64,000 nucleotides of DNA from NCBI GenBank assembly GCA_051362555.1, contig CM120643.1:26292848-26356847 (forward strand). The letters are read 5' to 3'. This DNA is from Lingula anatina. Its lineage: Eukaryota > Animalia > Brachiopoda. The stretch's first letter is position 1, and each line of letters opens with the position of its first letter. Positions 1-14,400 of the stretch are shown here, one piece after another. Under the pieces are notes generated by a model, which did not search any database, was not told the DNA's origin, and worked only from the letters and a program-made list of their open reading frames with translations. The position numbers and the translations under genes were made by a program.

Positions 1-1193
1 TTCGTAACTGTATAAGTCTGGATCGAGTTCTGAAGATAATTTACCACTCAGTGCAGTCATTAATGTGCTAGCCGCTATACACTGCTTTATTTCTTAGCTG
101 TAAGGTGCAAAAAAATTTTCATTTTTGAGACAATCTAAATTATTTTCAGGAGGTGACTGTGCCCTAGCATCATACACCAGTGTAAGACTTTATTTGTTTT
201 ATACTTTCAACAAAAATATCATTATTTCTTTAACAGTTTTAATAATCCCATACCAATGCATCAAATAATATGAAGCTATAACATATGTAACAAGTTTTTT
301 TATTAACAGAAAGGTAACAGTACTTTAAGGTTAAGATATAATCATATCTTAGTAAATATTGTAAATTGTGCATATTCAATAACATTAATAACATTAATTG
401 CAATAAATTGTAATAAAGTTAACTGCATAACAAATATATTAATGGATAAGTAAATATAGTTTTACTTTGTTTCACTTAGTTAAACAATCAGAAGTTTAAA
501 TATATAGAACCATGATCTATGTAATAAGTCTTATTCATAGAAATGTAGCAGTAATTTAAAGGTCAAGAAATATAAATGAGTAAATATGGTGATCTGTGCG
601 TACATGAATTTAACAAATAATTAATATGCAAGTTTGGCCTCAATTAAATAGTTAACATAAGGGTGCCAGAAATTGCAATGATATAATTTGGAAAAAGATG
701 GTTTTTTTTTTCTTAAAAATGCAAATATATAAACCATTTTTTGCAAATATACAAACCTTTTCTCTAACAGTTCTTTAAATTTGTTTTAAATAAGTCTAAA
801 GTCAATAGCATTCATCAAAAGTTAAAAGAATCAAAATCACAAATTTATCGAAAAAAATCCTTTCTCCATAAAAGGAGATCCGACCAGAAGTTGCATGCAC
901 AGTAAAAGACCAGAAATCTCCAAAAATGAGAAGATTGCACCACCTGATGGGGTAAAACTGATGTATGAAAATGGGTCATAAAACAGCATCACAAAGGATT
1001 TCTATTATTCATAAAATTAAAAATCAGTATTCATTGATAAAATCTCTCTAAAAAGTAATTCAAGGCTGCCCTACTACTTACTCTCCAGATGTACAATGGT
1101 CATGACGATTTGCAATATCACTATAGATAAACGCAGTGAACTGCTTGCGTGAAAACCGACATCTTTAAATTATGATCTACATATTTCTTACTG

Positions 1194-2382
1194 TCACTCC
1201 TGGACGGGAAGATTTTTCATATAGCACATAAACGTACTCCACAAAAAGGTGGCGCTGCTGAGAAACAGTATCCTTCTGCTGGCTGATATATACTTATAGT
1301 TTATGAACTGAACCATGGGGAAATAAACACATCCTGCCTGAAATAAGAAAAGGTCATACGAGGGCAATGAAGGATTTCATTGGGTCATTTCACATTGAGC
1401 GATATATCTTAGTGGTCCATATGTAGTTGCATTGCTATGGAGAAAGTTTGGCCTCTACTGGTATTCATGAGTATCAGATAAGACGACTTCATATCTTTTA
1501 ACTATCCTAACTGTAAATCTACTATCTATCTGCCTTTGACAAGTGGATAATATAGCAAACTGCACTTAGCTTTTTTACCTTGAAGGACGTCCAGAACTTA
1601 TCCCTGAGCTCTTTCCAACTTTCTTCAAAACTTCTCCCTTCTAGTAAATAGTTAGCTAAAATGCAAATAAAAATAATTAAGTTTTCTTGGACTTTACAAA
1701 ATTCTTTTCTTTGTCACACAGAGACAAAATATGGGTAAAATAGGTTTTTTAAAATAATACTTGAAAAGTTTCCATGTTGGTTCTTCTTCATCATTCTTTT
1801 TTTAATTTTTTCTAGAACAAAATGCTTGGTGTTTGTGCAAAATAAATATTAAATAAACTGTAAACCTTTCTGCTAATAATAAGAACACAACAAAAACAGA
1901 AATGAGTAATCATCTTAGTTTGAAATTTTCTTGCAAGAAGATTTTAAATGGTTGCTGAGACAGTCATAATTTGTCCTAGGGTTCCCTTTGGACTTCAAAT
2001 AGATTAAGTAGCCTTTTGGATTTGAAAAAAGTAATTTGTGACCCAGGCCTCCTCACTTACAAGAATAAAAAGCAGAAATGGCCACTGGTGCAAACACCAA
2101 CTGTTCCACAAAAACTCTCCTTAAGATATACAGAGAAGATCTATTTGGTAAGAATATCCTATCAGCAATTCGTAACCAGGTGAAAACCAAGGGACCGATG
2201 AAAAGAAATCCAGCTAAGCTTCGTCTCAGTGTAACAGTGCCATGGTATTCCCTCTTCTTGTGATCGATGATCAGTTGATCGTTGATGTCAGCAGCAGCGT
2301 AGATTGTGCCATAACTCAGCATGCTTTTTAATACTGGATATCTCCTCCATAACCCAGAGATGAAATTCCTTACTCTGCTCAT
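1194..2382 (-). CDS. Mpv17/PMP22-family membrane protein (Mpv17-like); coding exons 2382-2061, 1655-1579, 1337-1194
   Basis: GT-AG introns join in frame: MSRVRNF...VFVEQLVFAPVAISAFYS|SNYLLEGRSFEESWKELRDKFWTSFK|AGCVYFPMVQFINYKYISASRRILFLSSATFLWSTFMCYMKNLPVQE*. Family motifs EQLVFAP, LEG and Q-x-x-N are present. Confidence 0.9.
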
Positions 2383-3099
2383 TAAAAGTCTCTCTGAATT
2401 TATGGAAAATACATGTAATACTGGTATGGTGTGTCACACTTCCTGGTATCTCTTATCCATATCTCATCACATGAATGATGCCTGTTGCTTCTGAAAATTA
2501 AAAATATAACAAATTAAAAGATAAAATAACTCGTACAATGTTATAGATATGGAGTAAACTTATAGCTGCAAAGCTAATGTTTCCTTTCAATTTATACTCG
2601 ACATGAAATATAATTTATTGTATTGTATTGTATACTTTATAAACTCATGGAATACACTGTATATGTACTCCCAGTAAACAAACTCCTTTATGTTTGGATG
2701 TTATTCACTGGCAACAAAACATTTTTCAGAGAGGGTTATGTGGTAAAAGTAATTGATTCATACAGTGCTTACATACTAGGTATAACATCACCTCCTCCAA
2801 CGTGATCCATTGACACGGGGTACTTCAAGTTAATAATTTAACCAGCACAGCAGCGATCTCACTTATTTAGAAATATCTTACAGAAGTTTTCAGTAAAGCA
2901 ACACAGTCAAGTGAGGAGTCTGTTTGTGAGTTCAGCCTACATGTTAAAATAGGTGAACAATGAGAATCAATTTTATAAATTTTACTCAAATTTCCCACAT
3001 TCCTGTTTCAATTTGAAAGAGGTTACCTGACCCAGGTTACCTGTATTTGTGCGTTTGCTTGAGTCTATCTGTGGCAGGAACACAGCTGGGTTTCATAAT

Positions 3100-3402
3100 C
3101 CGACAGCGCAGCCACTAGCTTCGATTAACTGACCTTTCACGTTAACGCCAACAGAAGCTTTAGATAAAGATAATTACAGGTGATGTAGATAGATGTGATT
3201 GAACCAGCGCCACTGGATACGATTATGTTGAAAACGAGTCACCGTGTCGAAAACGAGTCCACGTCAACTTCCGGTTCCAAGTTTCACGGTCTCGAGACCT
3301 TTCGCGTTGAAGGTAACAAAAATGCATCGAATTTATCTATTAATGGCTGATAAAGGATAATTTTATGCCGCTTTAATCGTGTGTCAGTGAAAAGAGAGCA
3401 AA
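3100..3402. promoter_or_regulatory. Probable bidirectional promoter between Mpv17-like (-) and SLC9A8 (+)
   Basis: Locally CpG-rich; ETS-type ACTTCCGG near 3267; palindrome GGTCTCGAGACC near 3288; duplicated GAAAACGAGTC; divergent genes on both sides. Confidence 0.6.
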
Positions 3403-6400
3403 ATGGTTTCAATGCTACGGGTTTGTCTCGTTCTGTATTTGACTTTGGTGGTTGGGATTTTCGCCGATAATGCTACTCCACCGCCAATCAAAAAGGTTAC
3501 GGCGAAGCCAACTGAGGCGCCGAAGACCACAACAACATCACCTTCCCCGTCACCGACGACAACTCCAGTGGCTAGTAATGGAAATGAAACCATTGGAAAT
3601 GCTAGGTGAGTCGACGTACATGTGAGAATATCAGTCAGTAAAATTTGTTTTCATGATTAAAACGTTATATATCTCCACCGACCAGAGCAGAGGAAAGAAT
3701 GCGATAAGATCTATATTTAACACCTGGTTTCGTGTCACAAACGCATTTTCATCCACCTCGTTTGCAGTCAAGATATGCTAGGAAAATTGATTATTAAGAT
3801 AATCGGACATCTATAATAAACCAGCAGTGACAACAGGTGTTGATTGTTTATAGATGGCAGTAATTTTACCATCATAATCATGTAAGATACTATATCTTGT
3901 TTTCATCAACCCATGCAATTACAGTCAGCAAACACACCATACAAATATACATTTATAGATATATATCATTCATATAGAAAGTAATTTTACATGGACATGC
4001 AAAATGATATATAGAGTGGCGAGGCTGGGCCGAAAAATGGCACAGAATTCCGTAATACACCACCATTTAATGAACTCTTTTTTGGGTTGGGGACAGGAGG
4101 TGAAGGGATACGTATAAAAGCTGATTTCAGTTGAAGTATTAAAAATTTTTGTCTAGTGCTTAAAAATGATGAATATAAGATATTTCTGTTTTTAGCTAAG
4201 TCCTAAAAACTTTGCAAAGTTTATACACATATTTTTGGGTTTTAGTTGGCAGAAATTATCCAGGGTTTAGGCTAAGATAAATTTCACCTAGTGGTTTGCA
4301 ATACAAGGTGATAAATTTATCATCTGATAGAAAATTTAAATTTCTACTAAAATGAAAAGAAGAGAATAATAATTGTTCCTTAAAAGACTACTAGAAAACA
4401 TGTTTTAGGCATGATGTTTGACCCTTTTTATGTCTCTTTAAAAACTTACTTCTTTATCATCCTTACACAAAAAGTAATAAAAAACCCTATATCACTGTAC
4501 TCTTAAAATGGTCTATAAAACTTCATTAAATAACCTTTTAAAACACATACTTGATAAATGTCTGGCTTGAGCAGAACACCCTTCCTCTGATAAGGAAATT
4601 ACTGGAGATGACATCATAATAATTAGTAAGAAGTCTTCCTGTTGCAATTCACTCTTTAAATTTATCATCCTTTATATCAGGGAAACTTAATAAAGTTTGA
4701 AATAGAGCACTATCTGATCATTGGGCCAGAGAAGAGGTAAAACTGGCAGATAAAAGATGTTAAAAAGAGAGACTGGTCTATATTTTCTTGCATATACCAG
4801 TGGAATGTTTTTCATGTATGTAATTATAAGCATCAATTTTACATAATTTATTATCATAATTATAATTTTTATTATTATAAATGAGGTCAAAACAACATCT
4901 GTAGCATCAACAATTTTCTACCACTCACTACTGATTAATAATAATAATAATAATGATAATGTATATTAAAAGTTTGTTTGTATACAGTTTGTTTTTATTA
5001 TTTCTTTGTTTGTTTGCTTACCTATTTATTTATTTATTTATTTAGTGCATATCCTATAAAGTGCCACAGTTTTCATAATAAATCCATCTGTTTCCAGCCT
5101 CAGTAACACCACCCAGGTGAACACCACTGTGACCAGCACCACTCTGGCCACCACCAGCACCACTAAGGCCATGGTGGCGCCACTGCCCGCCAAAGGGGCA
5201 GCCGAGGAGGAGCACCACAGTAGCATGACCATTTTCTTTGTACTTTCTGTGATTGGTAAGAACACTTCCACTACGACCCCATTCCCAGAGATTAGATCGA
5301 TCCAAACTAGATCGACCTAACTCCCTGGGGGTTCACGCTAAATAGCTGTCAGCCGAGCGGGCACGAAAGTTAATTACCCCCTTACAGCATGTAGTAGGCG
5401 GGACAGACATTTAAGCCGGATTATCTGAAAGTAATCTAGTGAGACCCCCCATGGGGATAGATCGATCTAAATGTCTGGTAATACGCCCTACTTCTAATAC
5501 TTCCATAAGGCTCTTTATGTATCAAGTGGTACACTTAATTTAGTGATTATCCCCACAGATTTAGATCGATCCAGCTAGTACAATGAGTTTATGGGAATGC
5601 TCCCTTTAGAGAAGCCCCCATGTGGCACAGCTGTTAAATACATATAAAATCTAAATCCTTACTTGAATGTTATGCACAGTATAAAGTGCAGGTAACCATA
5701 ATTGTATTTTATCGCCACCATAGTGGTGGATTGGTTTTACAAGCAGCTTCTAAAGTATAAATATCTCTGAATCATCCACACAAAATTGTTCCGTACATAA
5801 TATACAGCTTCTAGATTGAATGGATGCAGTTTTATTGTAGCTGTCATATTTTCTAGCCATCATTTTTTCACTGAACTTTTTAAAAATGTCTGAATTATGA
5901 CAAAGGATATTGTTTTATCAGTTTTTTTATGAAGATAATTTTATACTTTCCAGCACTCTGTGTTTTGATCATCCATGTTTTGCTCAAGTTTAATTTCACA
6001 TATCTACCCGAGAGTATAGCCATAGTCATAGTTGGTGAGTACATAGTTGGTATCTTGGTTAATATCATGCAGACATGCTTATATGTGACATATTTCTTTT
6101 TTTCTTTAGTCATTTTTATCATGGAGATCAAGGCTGGTAAAGCTCACTTGTGACAGTAATGTTAAAATTTTATACCTCGAAAACAAGGCTATAGATTTTT
6201 CTAATGGTTACTGTTTTTGGCATTGAGAAAAAATTTTGACTTTTTCTTTTTTCGCTGTTTCAAGGTCTAAATTGCTATATAATACCTTGAACCCATTATC
6301 GGCATTTCTTTCGTGAAATGTGTTGGTGACCTATAAAATATTAATGGAAATCTGTCTCTTGATTGGGTTGCCATGGTGTTGTAATATTTAAATACTTTGT

Positions 6401-7663
6401 TACCATTAGATAGCAATAATCATGAAATATTCATTAAATACTATAAAAGGCATACTGCAGGTAGAGGGAAGGAAGGCACTGGGATAAAAATGCTTTGCCT
6501 CACTTTGCTTGGCAAATGTAGAATTGTAGAAGAAGGCAATTATTTATGTTAAAAAAAAACACAGGAATTGAATATTTTTATTTTTAAATATTTTAAAGGA
6601 TTTTAAAATTCGGTTTGTATTTAGAAGATTCACACTTAGTAATTCAGAAAATAAACTCCTAATAATTAATAAAACTTGTTTTGAAAAGTTAAAAAATTGA
6701 CTAACGAAGAGTTGTTTTAATATGAATATTAATCTCTAGATATTTCTGTTTTGTACTTTTTCAGTCCATGTATCTTGTCTTAGTTCTATACAATTTAACA
6801 CTGAATCAAATATATTTCAGGAACAATTCTTGGTGGAATCCTGAAGTTATTTTCTAGTTATGGTATTGGGAATTGGCAGGTGGGTAAAATAATAATAATA
6901 ATAATAATAATAATTGTAATAATGTCATAGTAAGTGCCTTTACCTTTCCCAGATATAAGTTCAAACAGATTTTGCTTGTCAACAGAAGGGTCACTTACGA
7001 CTGTAAAATGAACTTACATAAATTGCATTATCAATTAATTAAAAAAAACGAGGGGTTTACTGTCAGGAACAATGGACTTGCTCTGTGGTGTTCTAAAGAA
7101 GTCCCATTATGTGTCAGCCATCTAAGGCACAATTTCCTGAACATTGGACCTTGTGTAAAAATATTAAAATTTTCAGGGAATTTTTCCTGTCAAGTAGATT
7201 GTTAAAGAGGAGAATCTCATGGTGACTGTAAAATTTTCATGGCTATATATGTTCCTTTTACAGAGCGAAGAGGCTTTTGATCCTACTATGTTCTTCTTGA
7301 TTCTTCTGCCTCCTATTATATTTGAGTCTGGTTATAACTTGCACAAGGTAGGTCACTTATGGGTTATTGCGCATGCGTGCGCGTGCATGTGTGCGTGTGT
7401 GTTTGCATGTGGGAATTCATGTATGTTTGCCATAGATACATATATGGATGTGGGTTTACACACAGTCTTAGTATATTAGCACATTCAAGATGCGAAGTTT
7501 CTGCGTGGTATGTTTGTTCATGCACATGCCAGCATGCGTGCTTGTTTGGTGTATGTGCATAAACGTGTTTATTATGTGCATATGCATTCTAGTATTTGTC
7601 CTTGTGTCAGTAAGTAAATGTGTTGGATGTGTCGGCCTTTAATTCTGAATTTTTGATGTGAAT

Positions 7664-7714
<51 letters not shown>

Positions 7715-10700
7715 GTGAGGGGGTGGGGGGGGTGAAATATAAAACAACTCTCATAATTTTATGAAGACATTCTTATATATGTTGTGAAAAATAGTGCATG
7801 AAAATGACAAAATTAATATAATATAATATAATGTCTTCAGGGTATGCCAAAATTATGTTCAATTTCATTTCTTTGAACTTTTTAGATACGGTTGTAAAAT
7901 TTATTAGATTCATAATAAGTTGATATTGTTATTTCCTTTATATATGGACTTGTAGATTTTATGTTTTTGTTCCTGAATTTTACCCACAAAATTTATATAT
8001 TTATTTATATCAGTATTTCCTTTATATATTCCTGAAGTGTATGTTATTTTTCAGGGTAATTTTTTCCAAAACTTTGGCTCCATTTTGGTATTTGCTGTGA
8101 TAGGGACATTTATCTCTGCCATGATCATTGGAGGTGGGGTCTACTTACTGGGACTGGTGAGAGCAAAAAACATTTCACTTTTTGTTTAAGATTTATCTTT
8201 GCAAGGATACTTGATGACATCAGTTTTTGAGGAATTTAATATTTTCATGTTTATGTGTAAAAGATATGTATTGCACAATTTTATTTTCAAAAATTGGTTT
8301 CTCAAGTTGTAAAGCTAAGAGAAATTAGTTTTCTGGACACACTGTATGAGTGCATTCCCAGAGATTTAGATCGATCCATCTGGATCGACCTAACTCCCTG
8401 GGGGTTCACGCTAAATTGCAGTCAGCCGAGCGCTCACGACAGTTAATTACCCCCTTACAGCTTTAAGTAGGCAGGACAGACGCTTAAGCCGGCTAAGCTG
8501 ACAGTAATCTATTGAGATTCCCCACAGGGATAGATCGATCTAAAATCTGTGGGAATGGGGTCTATGTCAAGTTGTAAGACCACCAAGTCATACCTTCCTA
8601 CTATTTTCTCTACAAAATCATGTCAGTGCACAACACGTCCTGTAAAATCAATTTACTCCTCTCCTCCAGGCACAGGTAGCTTACAAGTTAAGTCTGGTGG
8701 AAAGTTTTGCATTTGGTTCCTTGATTAGTGCTGTGGATCCCGTTGCCACGCTGGCAATATTCCACGCGCTGGATGTGGACCCCGTGTTGTACATGTTGGT
8801 GTTTGGAGAGAGCGTGTTGAACGACGCAGTGTCCATTGTGCTCACTACGTAAGTATTTTAAAGCACGTTAAAACTCATGATTTATCAGACACTGTCTCTG
8901 TAATACATTTGCTTATCATTAATGTTCACATAGGAGAGAGTGTTGAATGAAGCCTTGTTTGTTGTTATCACGATGATAGCAGAAAATTATACTATTAATA
9001 ATATTAATAAAGACAATAGCTATAAAAGTTATAATTTTAATATATCTGATTAGATTACTTTTAATATAATTGTTATAATGATTTTTACTATTAGATGATA
9101 CTATAAGTATAATTGTCATTTTTTCCTGGCAGCAGAAACAGCCTGAAAGAACAATAAAAGTAGTATAATAATTGTAAGCAGCATGTACAGTTATGTACAA
9201 GATTTTCCTTTCCTGATTTCAGAACTGTCTTAGAACTGGCTAGCCCCAGCGCTTCCGCCATGTCTGGTGCCGAGGCTTTCTTCTCCACTGTGTGGAGGTT
9301 CTGTTCCATGTTCGTAGCATCTGCCGTCATTGGCACAGCTTTTGGGCTCGTTAGTGCAATGATATCCTTTATTGAAAAAATTATACAGGGATGAGATTTT
9401 TCTGACTATGGGCAGGTTTCCAATTTTTGGGGAATCAAAAATATCACAGACTTAGACTTCCCCCCTTGGACACCACGTCACATTTTCCTGCTTTTTCACT
9501 AAAGGGCAGTCTTCCTGAATATAGTTTACAGAATTAAAAACATTTTAACAAAGGTAAAAGGTTGCATGTTTATTTTTATGTACAGACACAGATGTGTCTG
9601 TACATATTGCCATCACCTGCGTCTGTCGTCGCCGTCGTCGCCGATGCCGATGCTGGCGCCGTGCACTTTTCTTGTTAACACGATAAGTGGAGGGCAGTTT
9701 TACTTTTTGGCTTTATATTTACAGAGCTGATGAATATTCATAAAACGCAGGTCAAGTTCGAAAATCAGCATGATCGGGCCATTATTGTAGAATTTTTGCT
9801 GTTTTTTCACTTTTCAGCATATATGCAACCCTGTTAACACATTTTAAGGAAAACCGATAGGCCTGTTGTCATGAAACTCATAGGAGTAATCAATCTTACT
9901 AAAACGCAGGTCAAGTTCGAAAATGGGCATGATCGGGCCACTATTTTAGTAGTTATGCTGTTTTTTCACTTTTTAGCATATATGCAACACTGTAAACACA
10001 ATATAAGAAAAACAGATAGGCCAATTGTCATTAAACTCACAGGAGTGGTCAATCTTACTAAAATGCAGGTTGAGTTTGAAAATTAGTATAATCGGGCCAT
10101 TGTTTTAGAAGTCATGCTGTTTTTTCACATTTCCTCAAATTCAATTCTTAGGCATGTTAACAGTCTTATTATTTAATTAATAAGACACATAAAAGTGTTT
10201 GTTTGACATTTCCTGCATCTTTACAACGTTGTTAGTTGATTATGTAGAAATTATGGTAAACTTGTTATCGTGTATTGTGTAATAAAGTGTCAAAAATGGA
10301 AATAAACTCATATCAGTCAGATTCAATCATTTACTATGTTCAGAATGTCAGAATGGAGGAAATTGGACATTTGACACAGTTCTATTGATATTTGTCCCAT
10401 CTCATCAATTTTCTTAGTTGATCATATAAAAATGGCAGTAAACTGTTTATTTCATCTTATATTAAAAAAGTGTTAAAAATGGAAATAAACCCATTTCAGC
10501 ACAGTGCTGTCTAGTTTACATTTTGGCATATTCAAGGTGTCACTTTGAAGTTCCATGGGCATGAAGACCTTTGCTAGTCACATTTTCTGAATATACATGA
10601 TATTACTAAAAATTCATGATCATTATGCTGTTAAACATTATGTAATATTGCATCAAAATTTGAAAATAAACCTATTTTGGGCACTGTTCCCATGATGACC

Positions 10701-11387
10701 ATTTAAGGAAAACCATGTCATTTACTGTTCTCAAAATTACAGAAAGAAACATGGGACTTAAATACAGCTTCAGTAGGCAATGCAATCTGTTTGGTAATTC
10801 TTTCTGCCGGTTAAACAGTTTTTTTGTGAAAGTTTAATTTTTCACATATTGGCATTTTCAAGGTGTGACTTTGAAGTTCCACAGGCTTGAAGACCCATGC
10901 TAGTCACATTTTCTGAAAATCCATGATACCTTTATTTTATTATTAAAAATTGATTGTCATTATGCTGTTAACCATTATGTAATATTGTATCAGAATAGAA
11001 GAACACACAATTTTGGGTGCTGCTGCCATGAAAACCATTATGGGAAAACCATGTTACTTATGATTGCCAAACTTTCAAAAAAGAAATACAGGACTAAAAT
11101 GCAGCCTGAGTTGGAAAAGCAGTCTAATTGACTTCTTTTTCTGGAAGTTATACATTTTCAGAGTGTGAACTTGAACTCCTATGGGGCTGAAGCCTTATGC
11201 TTGTTACACATTTTACTTACATTGGAATTACCTGTTGAGCATAATTAAAATTTGATGTTGAATTTGCAGTTTAACATAATGTACTTTTGCATCAGAATTG
11301 ACTGTACCCTATTTTGTTTTTTCCTTCTTTTTGTCTGTACATTTGACAGCTTTGCTGCCTTGTTGGTCTGGCAGTGGATCTCCCCAA

Positions 11388-11418
<31 letters not shown>

Positions 11419-14400
11419 AAGAAGAAGAAGACGACAGAGCCACTTAGAGAAGAGATGAACAGACAAGTAGGATTTTGAAGAGGTTTAGTGATTTGGTAAA
11501 GATTTTTAAAATCTAAACATTTTTGATAAATTGGTACATATTTGAGTTGAAACAATGATTTTTCATTTATTTTTTAAATATTTTTCGATGATGAGCAACT
11601 TATCATTCCTTCCTGCAGTTGCGTTAAAACTGAATTTGCACAGCGCGATGGCAGTTGAGAAATTTCTCTCTTCTTGTTCATACGGTTTCCATTCACTGAC
11701 TTTCTGTACAAAGCATACATAAATGATAACCTCTCTGTTTGCATATGTGGGCTTTTAGCATGTTTTTATATGTAATCCTTTCAGTTTTTGTTTTATTGCA
11801 ACTCTGAATAATTTAGCACAATATGTGCACAGGTTTACTTCTATAAATATGTTGTACTCAAAGTGTTTTTGGAATGTTCATCTTATTTAGGGTCAAAAAC
11901 CATTTATCAGATATTCCAATGCCATTATTAAGAGCAAAAGTTGGTAGACATTTTATCGTTTTAGCAACCATTGCTCTTTGAAAATAGGTTGCGGAAAATA
12001 TATTTATTTTAGTCTGTATTTAGCAGCATTTTTATTAAAATGCCCATAATGACTTTACTCTTCTCTTCAACTTATTTTGCTTTGGCTAGCTTAAAATGGA
12101 GGGCAATATTCCAAATAGAATAGAAAATATGTATACAGGAGCATATGTGGATGCTAATGCACACGAGCACGCATGCATGTACCCACAGATATACGCGCAC
12201 ACCTTTTAATGTTTTCAAGTAAATATGATTCTGTAGATTAATGAAACATTGCCTTATATTATTTTTATATATGTATTTTTATGTTAATTTTATTATGTAC
12301 AGACACAGATGTGTCTGTACATATTGCCATCACCTGCGTCTGTCGTCGCCGTCGTCGCCGTCGCCGTCGGCGCCGTGCACTTTCCTTGTAAACACGATAA
12401 GTGGAGGGCAGTTTTACTTTTTGGCTTTATATTTACAGAGCTGATGAATATTCATAAAACGCAGGTCAAGTTCGAAAATCAGCATGATCGGGCCATTATT
12501 GTAGAACTTATGCTGTTTTTTCACTTTTCAGCATATATGCAACACTGTAAACACATTTAAAGGAAAACCGATAGGCCTGTTGTCATGAAACTTACAGGAG
12601 TACTCAATCTTACTAAAATGCAGGTCAAGTTCGAAAATCCGCATGATCGGGCCACTATTTTAGTACTTATGCTGTTTTTTCATTTTTCAGCATATATGCA
12701 ACACTGTAAACACAATATAAGAAAAACAGATAGGCCAATTGTCATTAAACTCACAGGAGTGGTCAATCTCACTAAAACGCATGTTGAGTTTGAAAATCAG
12801 CATAATCGAGCCATTATTTTAGAAGTTATGCTATTTTTTCACATTTCCTCAGATTCAATTCTTAGGCATGTTAACAGTCTCATTATTTTAACTAATAAGA
12901 TACGTAAAAGTGTTTGTTTGACATATCCTGCATCTTTACAACATTGTTAGTTGATTTTGTAAAAATGATGGTAAACTTGTTATCGTGCATTGTGTAATAA
13001 AGTTTCAAAAATGGAAATAAACTTATATCATTGCAGTTTGTCAGATTCAATCTTTCACTATGTTCAGAATCTCAGAATGGAGGAAATTGGACATTTAACA
13101 CTATTCTATTGATATTTTTCCCATCTCATCAATTTTCTTAGTTGATTATATAACAATGGCAATAAACTGTTAATTTTGTTTTATGTTAAAAATTGTTAAA
13201 AATGGGAAAACACCCATTTCAGAACAGTGCTGTCTTGTTTACATTTTGGCATTTTCAAGGTGTGACTTTGAAATTCCATGGGCCTGAAGACCTTTGCTAG
13301 TCACATTTTCTGAATATCCATGATACTAATATTTTATTATTAAAAATTGATGGTCATTATGCTGTTAAACATTATGTAATATTGCATCAAAATTTGAAGA
13401 AACCCCTTTTTGGGGCACTGCTTCCATGATGACCATTTAAGGAAAACCATGTCACTTACTGTTCTCAAACTTACAGGAAAGAAACACAGGACTAAAATAC
13501 AGCTTCAGTAAGCAATGCAGTCTTTTTGGTAAATTTTTCTGGCAATTAAACAGTTTTTTTTGTGAAAATTTAACTTTTCACATATTGGCATTTTCAAGGT
13601 GTGACTTAGAACCTCCACGGGCTTGAAGGCCCATGCTAGTCATATTTTCTGAAAATCCATTATACACATATTTTATTATTAAAAGTTGATGGTCATTATG
13701 CTGTGAAGCATTATGTAATATTGCATTAAAATAGAAGAAAACACAATTTTGGGTGCTGCTGCCATGATGACCATTATGGGAAAACCATGTTACTTATGAT
13801 TGTCAAACTTTCAAAAAAGAAACACAGGACTAAAATGCAGCTTGAGTTGAAAAAGCAGTCTAATTGACTTCTTTTTCTGGAAGTTATACATTTTAGTGAA
13901 ATATTCATTTTTATCGTGTGGCATATTCATTGTGGGACTCAGAGCTCCCATGGACATGAAGCTGAATGGTAATCAAATTTTCTACATGTCCATGCTATTT
14001 TTTAGTCAATAATCAAAAATTGGTGATAATTATTCTGTAATGTATTACGTAATGTTACATCAAAATGGACAGAAATCTTTTTGCACTGCTAGTACAAACA
14101 TTATGAAAAGAAAACTGTGTTACTTATTATTTTTAACTTACAAGTATGATTTTAAAGATTGGCATGCAGTTCAAATTAGAAAGGCAGCTCAATTTGGTTA
14201 TCATTTATTATTGAATTTATGCAATTTTGTGTGAAATTTTCATTTTTCTCATTCTGGCATTTTCAAAGTGTGAACTTGAACTCCCATGGGCCTGAAGCCT
14301 TATGCTTGTTACACATTTTACTTACATTGGTATTACCTGTTGAGCATAATTAAAATTTGATGTTGAATTTGTAGTTAAGCATAATGTATTTTTACATCAG

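Noticed and set aside
1194-1196. TGA of the Mpv17-like gene as selenocysteine or readthrough
   Set aside because: The domain is complete, TAA follows two codons later and no SECIS was recognised.
9740-10140. CRISPR-like regularly spaced repeats
   Set aside because: Whole units are similar with no unique spacers; eukaryotic context and no cas genes.
9871-12950. Repeated ORFs ([18 protein letters not shown]...)
   Set aside because: By-products of the 159-bp tandem unit (a multiple of 3) inside Helentron-type elements; no protein-family signal.
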